Part shown: positions 19,862 to 28,997 of the stretch, in pieces
Numbering within the stretch: position 1 is the first letter of the stretch
How the letters are laid out: every line of letters begins with the position of its first letter
DNA from: an uncultured Peptococcaceae bacterium
GTDB taxonomy: Bacteria; Bacillota; Dehalobacteriia; UBA4068
NCBI GenBank assembly: GCA_949289995.1
Contig: CASEQE010000046.1
Span: 1 to 63,017 of the forward strand
Length of the DNA: 63,017 bases
Reading direction: 5' to 3'
The notes under the pieces: model-generated
The model's input: the letters and a program-made list of their open reading frames with translations, nothing else
What the model was told of the DNA's origin: nothing
Databases searched by the model: none
Position numbers and translations under genes: made by a program

Positions 19862-20659
19862 ATGGAAAAAAAGCGGATATTTTTATTTTTGCTGGCTGTT
19901 TGCCTGCTGGCGCTGGCGGTTTTGGCCGTTATATTGGTATATTTATTGTTCTATCCAGGGGGCGTTTTGGCCCTGGGCCTTACGGCGGCGGCTTTGATGG
20001 CTGTGGTTGTCCTGTTGTTGTTTTGCGGCCTGGGTACGGCGGCGGTGGTGTTTACTCTTTTGTACGACCGGCCTCCGGGGAAGCTTCGCCGTATGTTTAT
20101 TCGCAGCGCCTTATCTTTGTATCCCTGGGCGATGAAAGTGGGAAAATTGTTTGGCCTCAGCTCCCGGCGAATGCAGGCTTCCTTTATTGAGTTAAACAAT
20201 CGGCTGGTATTAACCGCCAAAGGCCGGACGCCGGCGAAAAACATATTGATCCTGCTTCCCCATTGCCTGCAAAAAAGCGATTGTCCTTATAAGGTTGCCA
20301 ATGATATCCATCTGTGCCGTCAATGCGGCGGTTGCGATATCGGCGCTTTGAAAGCCCTGGCCCAAAGGCTGGGCGTAGGGATAGCCGTGGTGAACGGCGG
20401 CACTTTGGCCCGGCGTCAGGTGGCTCAGTTGCGACCTCAGGCGGTGGTGGCCGTGGCCTGCGAGCGGGATTTGTTTTCCGGTATTGTGGATATTCGTCCG
20501 GTACCGGTTTTGGGGGTAGGCAATCGCCGGCCTTGCGGCCCCTGCCACAATACCCGGGTGGATATAGGCGAGGTGGAGGCTATGGTAAATTATTTCCTCA
20601 CCGGACAAACGCCAATTTTGGCGGAAAAAAACGCCGCTATGCATAATCAGGAAAGTTAG
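19862..20659 (+). CDS. DUF116-family membrane-anchored Cys-rich protein
   Basis: Two N-terminal TM helices; LLPHCLQ, CRQCGGCDIG, GGTLAR, AVACERDL, GPCHNT. Confidence 0.85.
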   Translation: MEKKRIFLFLLAVCLLALAVLAVILVYLLFYPGGVLALGLTAAALMAVVVLLLFCGLGTAAVVFTLLYDRPPGKLRRMFIRSALSLYPWAMKVGKLFGLSSRRMQASFIELNNRLVLTAKGRTPAKNILILLPHCLQKSDCPYKVANDIHLCRQCGGCDIGALKALAQRLGVGIAVVNGGTLARRQVAQLRPQAVVAVACERDLFSGIVDIRPVPVLGVGNRRPCGPCHNTRVDIGEVEAMVNYFLTGQTPILAEKNAAMHNQES

Positions 20660-20743
20660 CTTGTTGTTGCCGCGGATTTTGTCAAAATCCGCCTTAAGCT
20701 TTTTGATCAAAACAGGTCTTCGATCAAAAGGAGGCGCCAACCT

Positions 20744-21286
20744 ATGACCCATATGGGTGAAAAATTAGCCATATTTGATGAGCATCGCCAGGCTTTGCCA
20801 GGGTGGATAGCCCGGGGAGAGGATTTCCCCGATGGGGTTTACGGCCTGTGTGTGGAAACTTGGACGGTGAATCTGCAGGGGCAAATTCTCCTAACTTTGC
20901 GCCATCCGCATAAGAAGCTTTATCCCCTAACTTGGGAATGTACCGGCGGCTTCGCCTTGGCCGGCGAAAGTAGCCGCGGCGCCGCCCGGCGGGAGCTGGC
21001 GGAAGAAACCGGGCTCAAGGCCGAAGAAGAAGATTTGACGTTGCTGGGAAGCTGCAAGGTTTGGCAGCGGTTTTTTTTTGATACCTATTTTCTGCGCCGG
21101 GACGCAAACCTGGCGGATATTCGGCTGCAAAAAGGGGAAACCATAGCCGCCTGCTGGGTAACTTTTCCCCAATTGATTCAGCGGATAGAGGAGGGAAGAG
21201 TGGCCGAGGCCATTGGACATCGTTTTTGCCTCTATTATCACCGTTTCGCCGCTTTGTTGGCAGAGAACGAGACAAAAAACCGTTGA
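20744..21286 (+). CDS. NUDIX hydrolase
   Basis: Nudix box GGFALAGESSRGAARRELAEETGL. Confidence 0.9.
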   Translation: MTHMGEKLAIFDEHRQALPGWIARGEDFPDGVYGLCVETWTVNLQGQILLTLRHPHKKLYPLTWECTGGFALAGESSRGAARRELAEETGLKAEEEDLTLLGSCKVWQRFFFDTYFLRRDANLADIRLQKGETIAACWVTFPQLIQRIEEGRVAEAIGHRFCLYYHRFAALLAENETKNR

Positions 21287-21311
21287 AAAAAATAAGCCGA
21301 TGTTATACAAT
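21283..21311 (+). promoter_or_regulatory. sigmaA-type promoter for leuS
   Basis: TTGAAA-17 bp-TACAAT. Confidence 0.55.
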
Positions 21312-21403
21312 AAAATGTACCGTTAAAATGCCGTAATTATACGGCGCCTTTGGGGGGCTGGAACTCCCTAAATCACGCTATCGCTTTTTCGGAGGAAAAT
21401 GGA

Positions 21404-23860
21404 ATGGAAAGTAAATACGATTTTGCCGCCATCGAAAGCAAATGGCAAAAAAATTGGCAAGATTCCGGCGTATATCAGGTAACGGAGGATAAAAATAAGG
21501 AAAAATTCTATTTGCTGGAAATGTTTCCCTATCCTTCCGGCAAATTGCATATGGGCCATGTGCGCAATTATTCCATCGGCGACGTGTTGGCCCGTTTTTA
21601 TACTATGCAGGGGAAAAACGTACTCCACCCTATGGGTTGGGACGCTTTTGGCCTGCCGGCGGAAAACGCCGCCATCAAACACGGGGTTCATCCCGACCCC
21701 TGGACCCGGGAAAATATCGACAATATGCGGCGGCAGCTGAAAACCTTGGGGTTGAGCTATGATTGGACCCGGGAAGAAGGCACTTGCCTGCCGGAATATT
21801 ATAAATGGACCCAATGGCTGTTTTGTCAATTGTACAAGGCCGGCTTGGCCTATAAGAAAAAAGCGGCGGTGAATTGGTGCCCTTCCTGCGCCACGGTGTT
21901 GGCCAATGAACAGGTAATCGACGGCCGCTGCGAACGCTGCGACAGTTTGGTGGAAAAAAAGGATTTGGAGCAGTGGTTCTTTAAAATTACCGCCTATGCC
22001 CAAAGATTATTGGACGATTTGGTAAAATTGCCCGGTTGGCCGGACAAGGTTAAAACCATGCAGGAAAACTGGATTGGCCGCAGCGAAGGTATGCAATTGG
22101 AATTTACCACCGCCGCCGGAGACAAAGTGCCGGTGTTTACCACCCGTCACGATACGGTGTTCGGCGTTACCTATCTGGTATTGGCTCCGGAACATCCTTT
22201 GGTGGAAAAATTGACCAAAGGCACCGAGTATGAAGAAGCGGTACGGGCCTTTGTCCGCAAAACCGGCCAACTTTCCGCCATCGACCGTACCAGCTCCGAT
22301 TTGGAAAAAGAAGGCATGTTTATTGGCGCCTATGCCGTCAACCCTATGACCGGGGAACAAGTGCCGATTTGGATTACCAATTACGTATTATACGAATACG
22401 GTACCGGCGCGGTGATGGGCGTGCCCGCCCATGACCAGCGGGATTTTGATTTCGCCAAAAAATACGGCCACAAAATCCAGCCGGTTATCGCCCCGCCGGA
22501 TTGGGACGGCCAGCCTTTTACCCAGGCCTATGAAGGATACGAGGGAAAGGCCATCCATTCCGGGGCTTTCGACGGCCTTTCCACCCCGGAGGCCAAGGAA
22601 AAAATGGCCGACTATATGGAAGCCCAGGGCATTGGCAAGCGGGTGGTTAATTTCCGCCTGCGGGATTGGCTGATTTCCCGGCAGCGCTATTGGGGCGCGC
22701 CGATTCCGGTGGTCTATTGCCCTAAATGCGGCCAGGTTTTGGTTCCCGAAGAACAATTGCCGGTGTTGTTGCCTACGGATGTGGAGTTTAAACCCACCGG
22801 CGAAAGCCCTTTGAAAACCAGCCCCACCTTTGCCCAAACCCTTTGCCCGGTTTGCGGCGGTCCCGCCACTCGGGAAATGGATACCATGGATACTTTCGTT
22901 TGTTCCTCCTGGTATTTCTTGCGCTATTGCGACGCCCACGATCCGAAACAGGCTTTTGCCCGGGATAAAGTGGATTATTGGATGCCGGTGGATCAATACG
23001 TAGGCGGGGTGGAACATGCCATTTTGCATTTGATGTACGCCCGTTTCTTTACCAAAGCTTTGTACGATTTAGGATTGGTAGGGGTGGATGAGCCTTTTAC
23101 CAATTTGCTTACCCAGGGTATGGTGTTGAAAGACGGTAGCAAAATGAGCAAAACCAAAGGCAATGTGGTCAGCCCGGAGGAAATTATCCAAAAATACGGC
23201 GCCGATACCGCCCGTCTGTTTATCCTGTTTGCCGCGCCGCCGGAACGGGATTTGGAGTGGAACGATACGGCGGTAGAAGGTTGCTATCGTTTTCTGAACC
23301 GTCTGTGGCGTTTGGTAACCGGCATTGCCGCTATGCCTGCCGTCGCCTATCCCCAAACTTTTAACGACCGGGATAAAAAATTGCGGCGCATTGCCCATGG
23401 CTCTGTTAAAAAAGTTACCGAAGATATCGGCCAACGTTTTCAGTTTAATACTGCCATTTCCTCCATTATGGAAATGGTCAACGCTATGTACGAATATATG
23501 GACGCCCCGGAAGCCAACGCCGCTTTGCTTAAGCAAACCGCCGTGCAGCTGGTGCTGTTGATTGCGCCTTTCGCCCCCCATATCGCCGAGGAATTATGGC
23601 AGCAGTTGCAGGGCGAGGGCAGCGTACATCAGCAAAATTGGCCTGATTATGACGCCCAGGCTTTGGTTTTGGACAGCGTGGAAATTGCCGTGCAGGTCAA
23701 TGGTAAAATCAAAGCCCGTCTGCAGGCCCCGGCGGATTTGGATGCCCCGGCTTTAAGCCAATTGATTCGGCAACATGGGGATTATGCCGCTTGGACCGGG
23801 GGCAAGGAACCCAAAAAAATCGTTGCCATTCCCGGACGCTTGGTCAATATTGTGGTATAA
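21404..23860 (+). CDS. leuS: Leucine-tRNA ligase
   Basis: [25 protein letters not shown] editing motif, SRQRYWG, KMSKT; GGAGG RBS before MESKY. Confidence 0.97.
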   Translation: MESKYDFAAIESKWQKNWQDSGVYQVTEDKNKEKFYLLEMFPYPSGKLHMGHVRNYSIGDVLARFYTMQGKNVLHPMGWDAFGLPAENAAIKHGVHPDPWTRENIDNMRRQLKTLGLSYDWTREEGTCLPEYYKWTQWLFCQLYKAGLAYKKKAAVNWCPSCATVLANEQVIDGRCERCDSLVEKKDLEQWFFKITAYAQRLLDDLVKLPGWPDKVKTMQENWIGRSEGMQLEFTTAAGDKVPVFTTRHDTVFGVTYLVLAPEHPLVEKLTKGTEYEEAVRAFVRKTGQLSAIDRTSSDLEKEGMFIGAYAVNPMTGEQVPIWITNYVLYEYGTGAVMGVPAHDQRDFDFAKKYGHKIQPVIAPPDWDGQPFTQAYEGYEGKAIHSGAFDGLSTPEAKEKMADYMEAQGIGKRVVNFRLRDWLISRQRYWGAPIPVVYCPKCGQVLVPEEQLPVLLPTDVEFKPTGESPLKTSPTFAQTLCPVCGGPATREMDTMDTFVCSSWYFLRYCDAHDPKQAFARDKVDYWMPVDQYVGGVEHAILHLMYARFFTKALYDLGLVGVDEPFTNLLTQGMVLKDGSKMSKTKGNVVSPEEIIQKYGADTARLFILFAAPPERDLEWNDTAVEGCYRFLNRLWRLVTGIAAMPAVAYPQTFNDRDKKLRRIAHGSVKKVTEDIGQRFQFNTAISSIMEMVNAMYEYMDAPEANAALLKQTAVQLVLLIAPFAPHIAEELWQQLQGEGSVHQQNWPDYDAQALVLDSVEIAVQVNGKIKARLQAPADLDAPALSQLIRQHGDYAAWTGGKEPKKIVAIPGRLVNIVV

Positions 23861-23878
23861 ACGATACGGTTGTGTTCT

Positions 23879-23909
23879 GGCCCGCCTTGATTGGCGGGCC
23901 TGTTTTTTT
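23879..23909 (+). terminator. leuS intrinsic terminator
   Basis: GGCCCGCC-TTGATT-GGCGGGCC followed by TGTTTTTTT. Confidence 0.85.
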
Positions 23910-23912
23910 GCC

Positions 23913-24058
23913 AAAAAAAAATAAACGGCGGGATCGCGTACTCCTGGCAAAGAACGCGTCCGCCGTCTATCCAGCCTCATAGGCTAAAATAAGAGGAGAG
24001 TTATGAAGAGTAGACTAGAAAGAAACGTGCTGTCGGTTGATGTCTCGCTCCTGACTAC
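23913..24058 (-). ncRNA. Candidate ~145-nt trans-acting sRNA with csRNA-like architecture
   Basis: 5' hairpin, unpaired CUCUUCAUAACUCUCCUCUU (anti-AUG/anti-SD), small hairpin, terminator stem with U-run; -10 CATAAT at 24065-24070. Confidence 0.55.
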
Positions 24059-24064
24059 GGTTTT

Positions 24065-24107
24065 ATTATGCCGGATGTATATGAAAAGCCTATGGGCAAA
24101 GTCTGAA
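24065..24107 (-). promoter_or_regulatory. Promoter with three hexamer direct repeats at 11-bp period (OmpR-family-type box)
   Basis: Minus strand: TTCAGA (24102-24107), CCCATA (24091-24096), TTCATA (24080-24085), then CATAAT. Confidence 0.45.
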
Positions 24108-24201
24108 AGAAAAGAAAAAGCAAAATGAAAATTAGCTGAAAAAAAGCCCTTGGCCGCGGTTTGATTTTATTAGAGCAGGGGAGACGGCCCAGGGCTATGT
24201 T

Positions 24202-25104
24202 TTAAAATTGTTCATTGGGTAGTAAAGCGTCTAATATTCTTTGCAAATCGTCTGGATTATGATATTCCAAAATCACTTTACCTTTTTCTGTGCCGCCGTT
24301 AAAAGTGGTTTTTACCATCAGTTTTTCGCTGATGCGTCGGGCGGCCTGTTGGGTAAAGGAAAAAGCCGGTTCCGCTGGGGCGGCGGCAGGTTCTTTGTTT
24401 TCCTTTTGTGGGCGGCAGATTTTGGCATATTCTTCCGCCTGTCGTACCGACCAGCCGTTTTCCACGATTTGCCGGCACAATTCCCGACGTCTTTCCGGGT
24501 CCCGCACTGCCAGCAGGGCACGGGCATGGCCGGGGGTGATTCGTCCGGCAGTCAACAGAGCTTGTTCCCGGGCGTTCAATTGTAGCAGGCGCAGGGTATT
24601 GGCAATATGAGGACGGCTTTTGCCCAGACGTTCGGCCAATTGTTCCTGGGTATAGCCATAGCCATCCATCAGCGCCTGATAGGCGCCGGCTTCTTCCAAA
24701 GGCTGCAAATCTTCCCGTTGGATGTTTTCAATCAGGGAGATTTCCGCCAATTGGCTGTCGTTGAACTCTTTGATGATACAGGGAACCTGGCGCAAACCAG
24801 CGATTTGGCAGGCGCGAAAACGTCTTTCCCCGGCGGCGATCATATATTGGGCTCCACCGGGCAAACCTTCCCGCCGGGTCAATAGCAGCGGCTGCATAAC
24901 CCCGTGGCGTTGGATGGACTGAGCCAGTTCGGCTAAGCTTTCTTCATTAAAAGAACGCCGGGGTTGGCGAGGATTGGCGGCGATTTTGTCCAGGTCCAAA
25001 TGAACCACTTGTTCTTTTTCTTCTTCCTCTTCCATAAAGACCGGTTTATCGCCGATCAAGGCGGACAGACCTTTTCCCAGGCCTTTGTTTTTCGTCGCGC
25101 TCAT
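24202..25104 (-). CDS. parB: Chromosome partitioning protein ParB/Spo0J
   Basis: GLGKGLSALI, NPRQPRR, AGERRFRA, IENIQREDL, HTH GKSRPHIANTLRLL. Confidence 0.95.
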   Translation of the reverse strand: MSATKNKGLGKGLSALIGDKPVFMEEEEEKEQVVHLDLDKIAANPRQPRRSFNEESLAELAQSIQRHGVMQPLLLTRREGLPGGAQYMIAAGERRFRACQIAGLRQVPCIIKEFNDSQLAEISLIENIQREDLQPLEEAGAYQALMDGYGYTQEQLAERLGKSRPHIANTLRLLQLNAREQALLTAGRITPGHARALLAVRDPERRRELCRQIVENGWSVRQAEEYAKICRPQKENKEPAAAPAEPAFSFTQQAARRISEKLMVKTTFNGGTEKGKVILEYHNPDDLQRILDALLPNEQF

Positions 25105-25886
25105 ATGTTTCCGCTCCTTTGATCTTGATTGGCGGCCAAAAATTCTTCACCCAGACGGATATATTCCGCTGCTCCCCGGCTTTTGGGGTCGTAATAAATC
25201 CCCGGCACGCCATGGCTGGGCGCCTCGGACAGGCGGACGCTGCGGGGAATTACCGCTTGATACACCCGTTTACCAAAAAAGGAGCGGGCTTCTTCCGCCA
25301 CCTGTTGCGACAGGTTGGTACGGCCGTCGTACATGGTCAACAGCACCCCTTCCAGGCGCAAATGGGGGTTGAGATTATCCCGCACCAATTCGAAGGTTCG
25401 GGTGAGCTGGCTTAAGCCTTCCAGGGCATAATATTCGCATTGCAAAGGAATCAACATGCTGTAGGCGGCGGTAAGGGCGTTTACCGTCAGCAGCCCCAAA
25501 GAAGGCGGGCAATCGATAAAAATATAATCGTATTTGTCTTTTACCGTGCGCAAGGCTCTTTTCAGTTTGGTTTCCCGGGAGACGGCGGATACCAATTCCA
25601 CCTCCGCCCCGGCCAATTGCAAAGTGGCGGGCAAAACCTGTAGACGATCATAGGCGCTGTCCATAATCACCGCTTCCGCCGGGGCGTTGTTGATCAGCAC
25701 GTCGTATAGGCAATGCTGCACCTGTTTTCTTTCGATACCCACGCCGGAGGTGGCGTTACCCTGGGGGTCCATATCCAGCAGCAGAGTATGGCGGCCGGTC
25801 CCCGCCACATAGGCGCTTAAATTTACTGCGGTGGTGGTTTTGGCCACCCCGCCTTTTTGATTGACGATGGCAATGATTTTAACCAT
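25101..25886 (-). CDS. parA: Chromosome partitioning ATPase ParA/Soj
   Basis: NQKGGVAKTTT, DMDPQGNAT, IDCPPSLG, QCEYYALEG, LSEAPSHG; start MVKIIA at 25886. Confidence 0.95.
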   Translation of the reverse strand: MVKIIAIVNQKGGVAKTTTAVNLSAYVAGTGRHTLLLDMDPQGNATSGVGIERKQVQHCLYDVLINNAPAEAVIMDSAYDRLQVLPATLQLAGAEVELVSAVSRETKLKRALRTVKDKYDYIFIDCPPSLGLLTVNALTAAYSMLIPLQCEYYALEGLSQLTRTFELVRDNLNPHLRLEGVLLTMYDGRTNLSQQVAEEARSFFGKRVYQAVIPRSVRLSEAPSHGVPGIYYDPKSRGAAEYIRLGEEFLAANQDQRSGNI

Positions 25887-25993
25887 ATTTTCCTCGTATT
25901 TAGCGGTTATTTCATGATCTTGCGGCAAACGCTTATGGAAAATATTCGGCGCCAAGCGGCGATATCCTGCGTTTGTTCCGGCCATGCCGGCGG

Positions 25994-27604
25994 TTAACCC
26001 CCTTGGTTGGTTTGCGCCAAAGCCGCTTGCGCCAAGCCCAGGAACAGGGGATGGGGCCGGTTGGGTCGGCTTTTGAATTCCGGATGGAATTGTACGCCGA
26101 TATAAAAAGGATGATTTGTCGCTTCCACCGCTTCCACAATAAAATTGTCGGGGGAAACGCCGCAAATTTTCAGTCCGTTTTCCACAAAAGCTTGGCGGTA
26201 TTGATTGTTAAATTCGTAGCGATGGCGATGTCGCTCCTGAATTTGCTCTTGACCGTAAGTTGCCGCCAGTTGGCTATGGGGCAGGATATGGCAGGGGTAG
26301 GCGCCTAAGCGCATGGTTCCTCCTTTGTCCAGCTCATCGCTTTGGCCGGGCATAAAGTCGATTACCTTATGGGCGCTTTCCGGGGCGAATTCTCGGGAAT
26401 GGGCGTCGGCCCAGGCCAATTTATGGCGGGCAAATTCGATTACGGCGATTTGCATACCTAGACAAATGCCCAAAAAGGGCAAATTATGGGTTCTGGCATA
26501 GTGGGCGGCGCAAATCATCCCTTCGATCCCCCGTTTGCCAAAGCCGCCGGGAATCAGCATCCCTTGGCAATCCGCCAGGGCCGCTTCCACCGTATCCGGG
26601 GTTATGGTTTCCGAATCGATCCATTTTATTTGTACTTGGCAGCCTAGGGCATATCCGGCATGTTGCAGGGCCTCGTGTACCGATAGATAGGCGTCGTGCA
26701 TTTGTACATATTTACCCACCAAAGCGATTTGCGTTTGTTTCTGGCGGCGATTGATTTTTTCGCATAAAGCCGTCCATTCTTGCAGATCCGGCGGGGGCAG
26801 ACAAAGGTTCAATTTGCGGCAGACGATATCGGAAAAATGCTGTTTTTCTAACATCAAAGGCACTTGATACAGTACGGGAATGGTAATATTCTCGATGACG
26901 CAATCCTTTTGCACATTGCAAAACAAGGAAATTTTCCGATGGATTTCCGGGGAAATCTCTTCTTCCGCCCGTAGGACAATGATATCGGGAAAAATGCCCT
27001 GGCCTTGCAATTCTTTCACCGAATGTTGCGTGGGTTTGGATTTATGTTCTCCGGAACTTTTTAAGTACGGAACCAAAGTGACGTGAATGAACAAGGTATC
27101 TTCCGCCGCCTGTTCCAAAGCCACCTGACGTATGGCTTCCAAAAAAGGCAGGCTTTCCATATCTCCCACGGTGCCGCCGATTTCCGTGATAACAATATCC
27201 GCGCCGGATTCCCGGCCGACGTTATAGATAAAGCTTTTGATTTCGTCGGTAATATGGGGAATAATCTGTACCGTTCCTCCCAGATATTGCCCCTGTCTTT
27301 CCTTGCTTAGCACATTCCAAAACACTTTTCCCGAGGTAATGCTGGAATATTTGTTTAGGTTTTCGTCAATAAACCGTTCGTAATGTCCCAAATCCAAATC
27401 GGTTTCCGCCCCGTCTTCGGTGACGAACACTTCTCCATGTTGATAGGGGCTCATAGTTCCTGGATCCACATTAATATAGGGATCCATTTTCTGCGCCGCT
27501 ACTTTCAGTCCCCGTTGTTTCAGCAGTCTTCCCAAAGCCGCCGCGGTAATGCCCTTGCCCAGGCCGGATACGACGCCGCCAGTAACAAAAATATATTTGG
27601 TCAT
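25994..27604 (-). CDS. pyrG: CTP synthase
   Basis: [41 protein letters not shown]. Confidence 0.97.
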   Translation of the reverse strand: MTKYIFVTGGVVSGLGKGITAAALGRLLKQRGLKVAAQKMDPYINVDPGTMSPYQHGEVFVTEDGAETDLDLGHYERFIDENLNKYSSITSGKVFWNVLSKERQGQYLGGTVQIIPHITDEIKSFIYNVGRESGADIVITEIGGTVGDMESLPFLEAIRQVALEQAAEDTLFIHVTLVPYLKSSGEHKSKPTQHSVKELQGQGIFPDIIVLRAEEEISPEIHRKISLFCNVQKDCVIENITIPVLYQVPLMLEKQHFSDIVCRKLNLCLPPPDLQEWTALCEKINRRQKQTQIALVGKYVQMHDAYLSVHEALQHAGYALGCQVQIKWIDSETITPDTVEAALADCQGMLIPGGFGKRGIEGMICAAHYARTHNLPFLGICLGMQIAVIEFARHKLAWADAHSREFAPESAHKVIDFMPGQSDELDKGGTMRLGAYPCHILPHSQLAATYGQEQIQERHRHRYEFNNQYRQAFVENGLKICGVSPDNFIVEAVEATNHPFYIGVQFHPEFKSRPNRPHPLFLGLAQAALAQTNQGG

Positions 27605-27728
27605 AAAAAATGCTTCCCCCTCGTCAAGCCTTTATCCTTGGGCCGGTTAAAAAGCTGGTTTATTCTTTGCCCGGCCGCCTCGGCCCTGCTGTGGGCGGCG
27701 GGACGTTTTATCTTTTCAACGCAAGGGA

Positions 27729-27758
27729 AAGGACTGCGCCGTATAGGCCGCAGTCCTT
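27729..27758 (-). terminator. Hairpin downstream of guaA
   Basis: AAGGACTGCG-10 nt-CGCAGTCCTT; U-tail is weak. Confidence 0.5.
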
Positions 27759-27763
27759 GCGGT

Positions 27764-28744
27764 TTATTCCCATTCGATGGTGCCGGTAGGTTTGGGCGTC
27801 AGGTCGTAGCAAACCCGATTGACGCCTTTTACTTCGCTGGTGATGCGCTTGGTGATATGCTGCAGCAGGGCAAAGGGCACGTCTTCTACAGTGGCGGTCA
27901 TGGCGTCTTGGGTATTGACGGCGCGGATAATTACCGGCCATTCATCGGACCGCTTGTTGTTGCGTACGCCAACGCTTTTAAAATCGGGGATTAGGGTGAA
28001 ATATTGCCATACCTTGCCTTCCAGGCCGTTTTTGGCAAATTCCTCTCGAAGGATCGCATCCGATTCCCGTACCGCTTCCAGGCGGTCGCGGGTGATGGCG
28101 CCTAGGCAGCGCACGCCCAGGCCGGGGCCGGGGAAGGGTTGACGGTAGACCATACCGGCCGGCAGGCCCAAAGCGTCGCCCACCACCCGAACTTCATCTT
28201 TAAACAGCAGGCGCAGAGGTTCTACCAGCTCAAACTGCAAATCTTCCGGCAGGCCGCCTACATTGTGATGGGCCTTTACGCCGCCGCTTTCCAGAATGTC
28301 GGGATAGATGGTGCCCTGCGCCAGAAAATGGATATCTTCCTGCTTGCGGGCTTCTTCTTCAAATACGCGAATGAATTCGGCGCCGATGACCTTCCGTTTT
28401 TGCTCCGGATCGCTGATCCCTTGGAGCTTGTCCAAAAAGCGATCCACCGCATCCACATAGACCAAATTCGCCTTCATCTGGTTGCGGAACACCTCCACAA
28501 CCTGTTCCGGCTCGCCCTTGCGCAGCAGGCCATGGTTCACATGAACGCATACCAGCTGTTGGCCGATGGCGCGGATCAGCAGCGCTGCCACCACAGAGCT
28601 GTCTACGCCGCCGCTGAGCGCCAAAAGTACTTTTTTATCGCCTACCTGGGCTTTGATTTCATTCACCTGTTCCTGGATGAATTGCTCCGCCAGGGCAGGT
28701 GTGACGATTCGCTCCATGTTTTCCGGGCGCTTATTGTTTGCCAT
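27764..28744 (-). CDS. guaA: GMP synthase, ATP-pyrophosphatase plus dimerisation domains only (subunit B-like)
   Basis: ALSGGVDSSV, QGTIYPD, HHNVGGLP, PFPGPGLG, PKPTGTIEWE; no N-terminal GATase domain. Confidence 0.9.
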   Translation of the reverse strand: MANNKRPENMERIVTPALAEQFIQEQVNEIKAQVGDKKVLLALSGGVDSSVVAALLIRAIGQQLVCVHVNHGLLRKGEPEQVVEVFRNQMKANLVYVDAVDRFLDKLQGISDPEQKRKVIGAEFIRVFEEEARKQEDIHFLAQGTIYPDILESGGVKAHHNVGGLPEDLQFELVEPLRLLFKDEVRVVGDALGLPAGMVYRQPFPGPGLGVRCLGAITRDRLEAVRESDAILREEFAKNGLEGKVWQYFTLIPDFKSVGVRNNKRSDEWPVIIRAVNTQDAMTATVEDVPFALLQHITKRITSEVKGVNRVCYDLTPKPTGTIEWE

Positions 28745-28823
28745 AGTCCGTTCCTCCTTTATCACGGATCGCTGTTTGTTTTGTCATATCATATGGTATA
28801 GCATTTTTTTACTGAATTTAGAC

Positions 28824-28852
28824 AATATACCACAGGGAATTTTATTTGTCAA
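28824..28852 (-). promoter_or_regulatory. sigmaA promoter for guaA
   Basis: TTGACA-17 bp-TATATT with extended TG. Confidence 0.7.
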
Positions 28853-28925
28853 CCGAAAGTCCATTTCTTCCCGCCGTTGGTTTTTGCCGCAGAAGGCCGG
28901 CGCCGGCTTTTTGGCTTTTGCCGGT

Positions 28926-28956
28926 AAAAAGGGCCCGGCCGCTAAGCGGCCGAGCC
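28926..28956 (-). terminator. Terminator after the A2M-like gene
   Basis: Minus strand GGCTCGGCCGC-TTA-GCGGCCGGGCC-CTTTTT. Confidence 0.65.
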
Positions 28957-28997
28957 GGTATAGGTACGATAGGTTGCGCGTTGCGCCGTTGCTTGCC

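Noticed and set aside
23900-26000. parS site near parAB
   Set aside because: No TGTTTCACGTGAAACA-like palindrome found by eye; a scan is needed to exclude degenerate copies
25887-26165. Extended ParA start
   Set aside because: Overlaps pyrG; the Walker A motif follows MVKIIA at 25886
27605-27728. pyrG reiterative-transcription attenuator
   Set aside because: No clear promoter with a GGGC start and matching pyrimidine-rich terminator
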